Shown: in pieces, positions 63,614 through 64,000 of the stretch | Numbering within the stretch: the stretch's first letter is position 1 | How the letters are laid out: each line of letters begins with the position of its first letter | From: Rhizodiscina lignyota | Lineage: Eukaryota | Assembly (NCBI GenBank): GCA_010015805.1 | Contig: ML978124.1 | Span: forward strand, 1,240,001-1,304,000 | Direction: 5' to 3' | Length of the DNA stretch: 64,000 nt | Position numbers and translations under genes: made by a program | The notes under the pieces: generated by a model | Database searches by the model: none | What the model saw: the letters and a program-made list of their open reading frames with translations, nothing else | What the model was told of the DNA's origin: nothing

Positions 63614-64000
63614 TCACCAAGCCGTGATATCATCAACCTCAGCCTCTCCGAATGTGCTGCTCTTTGTCTTTCCGACCTCGTCTCCCCCATTCGCCTCTTC
63701 GGCGGCCGTAGGCGTCCTCGTGAAGATGTCCGCCAACTCCTCCTTCATAAACTTCAACAAGTGGTTGTTCACCTGCTCAAACTCAAGCAAGAATGCGTCG
63801 TGGCCTTCAGAGCTCTCAATCCTCTCGAGTCTTGAGTTCGGAATTCCAGCGTTTAGCTGCACTTGTTCGCTAAAGGCGAACAGTCCGTCCGACTGTATGC
63901 CCAGGACTAACGTGGGTTGCTCGATTTGACTGAGCGCAATCTTTAGTGCTTCTTCAGCCGATTCAACATCTAATGAGATACGATTGCGACTGACGTCGTG
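63614..64000 (-). CDS. MET2: Homoserine O-acetyltransferase, C-terminal part (5'-partial)
   Basis: HDVSR...QPTLVLGIQSDGLFAFSEQ...IESSEGHDAFLLEFEQVN...FGEAEVDDITAW. Confidence 0.9.
   Translation of the reverse strand, partial: HDVSRNRISLDVESAEEALKIALSQIEQPTLVLGIQSDGLFAFSEQVQLNAGIPNSRLERIESSEGHDAFLLEFEQVNNHLLKFMKEELADIFTRTPTAAEEANGGDEVGKTKSSTFGEAEVDDITAW

Overview
Eukaryotic, intron-containing DNA from a filamentous ascomycete (Pezizomycotina-type genes; short introns with CTRAC branch sites). Two blocks of conserved housekeeping genes flank a ~26 kb accessory island. The left block (1-24.2 kb) holds STS1/cut8, MTR4, COX8/VIIc, an FAD monooxygenase, ELP1/IKI3, a Kelch membrane protein, a lipoate-protein ligase and a PEP12/VAM3-like syntaxin. 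The right block (50.8-64 kb) holds SPF45-like, PCS60, YCII, ACO2-like, MEF2, VPS17 and the MET2 3' end. The island (~24.5-50.6 kb) carries five copies of a tiny spliced Cys-rich (zinc-ribbon-like) gene that the ORF track misses: 2 apparently intact, 1 C-terminally extended, 2 pseudogenes. It also carries a divergent arginyl-tRNA synthetase paralogue with an altered HIGH motif, an intact/pseudogene pair of CorA-like proteins, a repeat-less NACHT (NLR-like) gene, a degenerate BTB gene, nested MITE-like inverted repeats and a ~177-bp tandem repeat. A candidate Pol III small RNA gene with U6-like promoter architecture but no U6 sequence lies at ~20.98-21.11 kb. All calls were made by eye from sequence and motif recall; no database searches were run.
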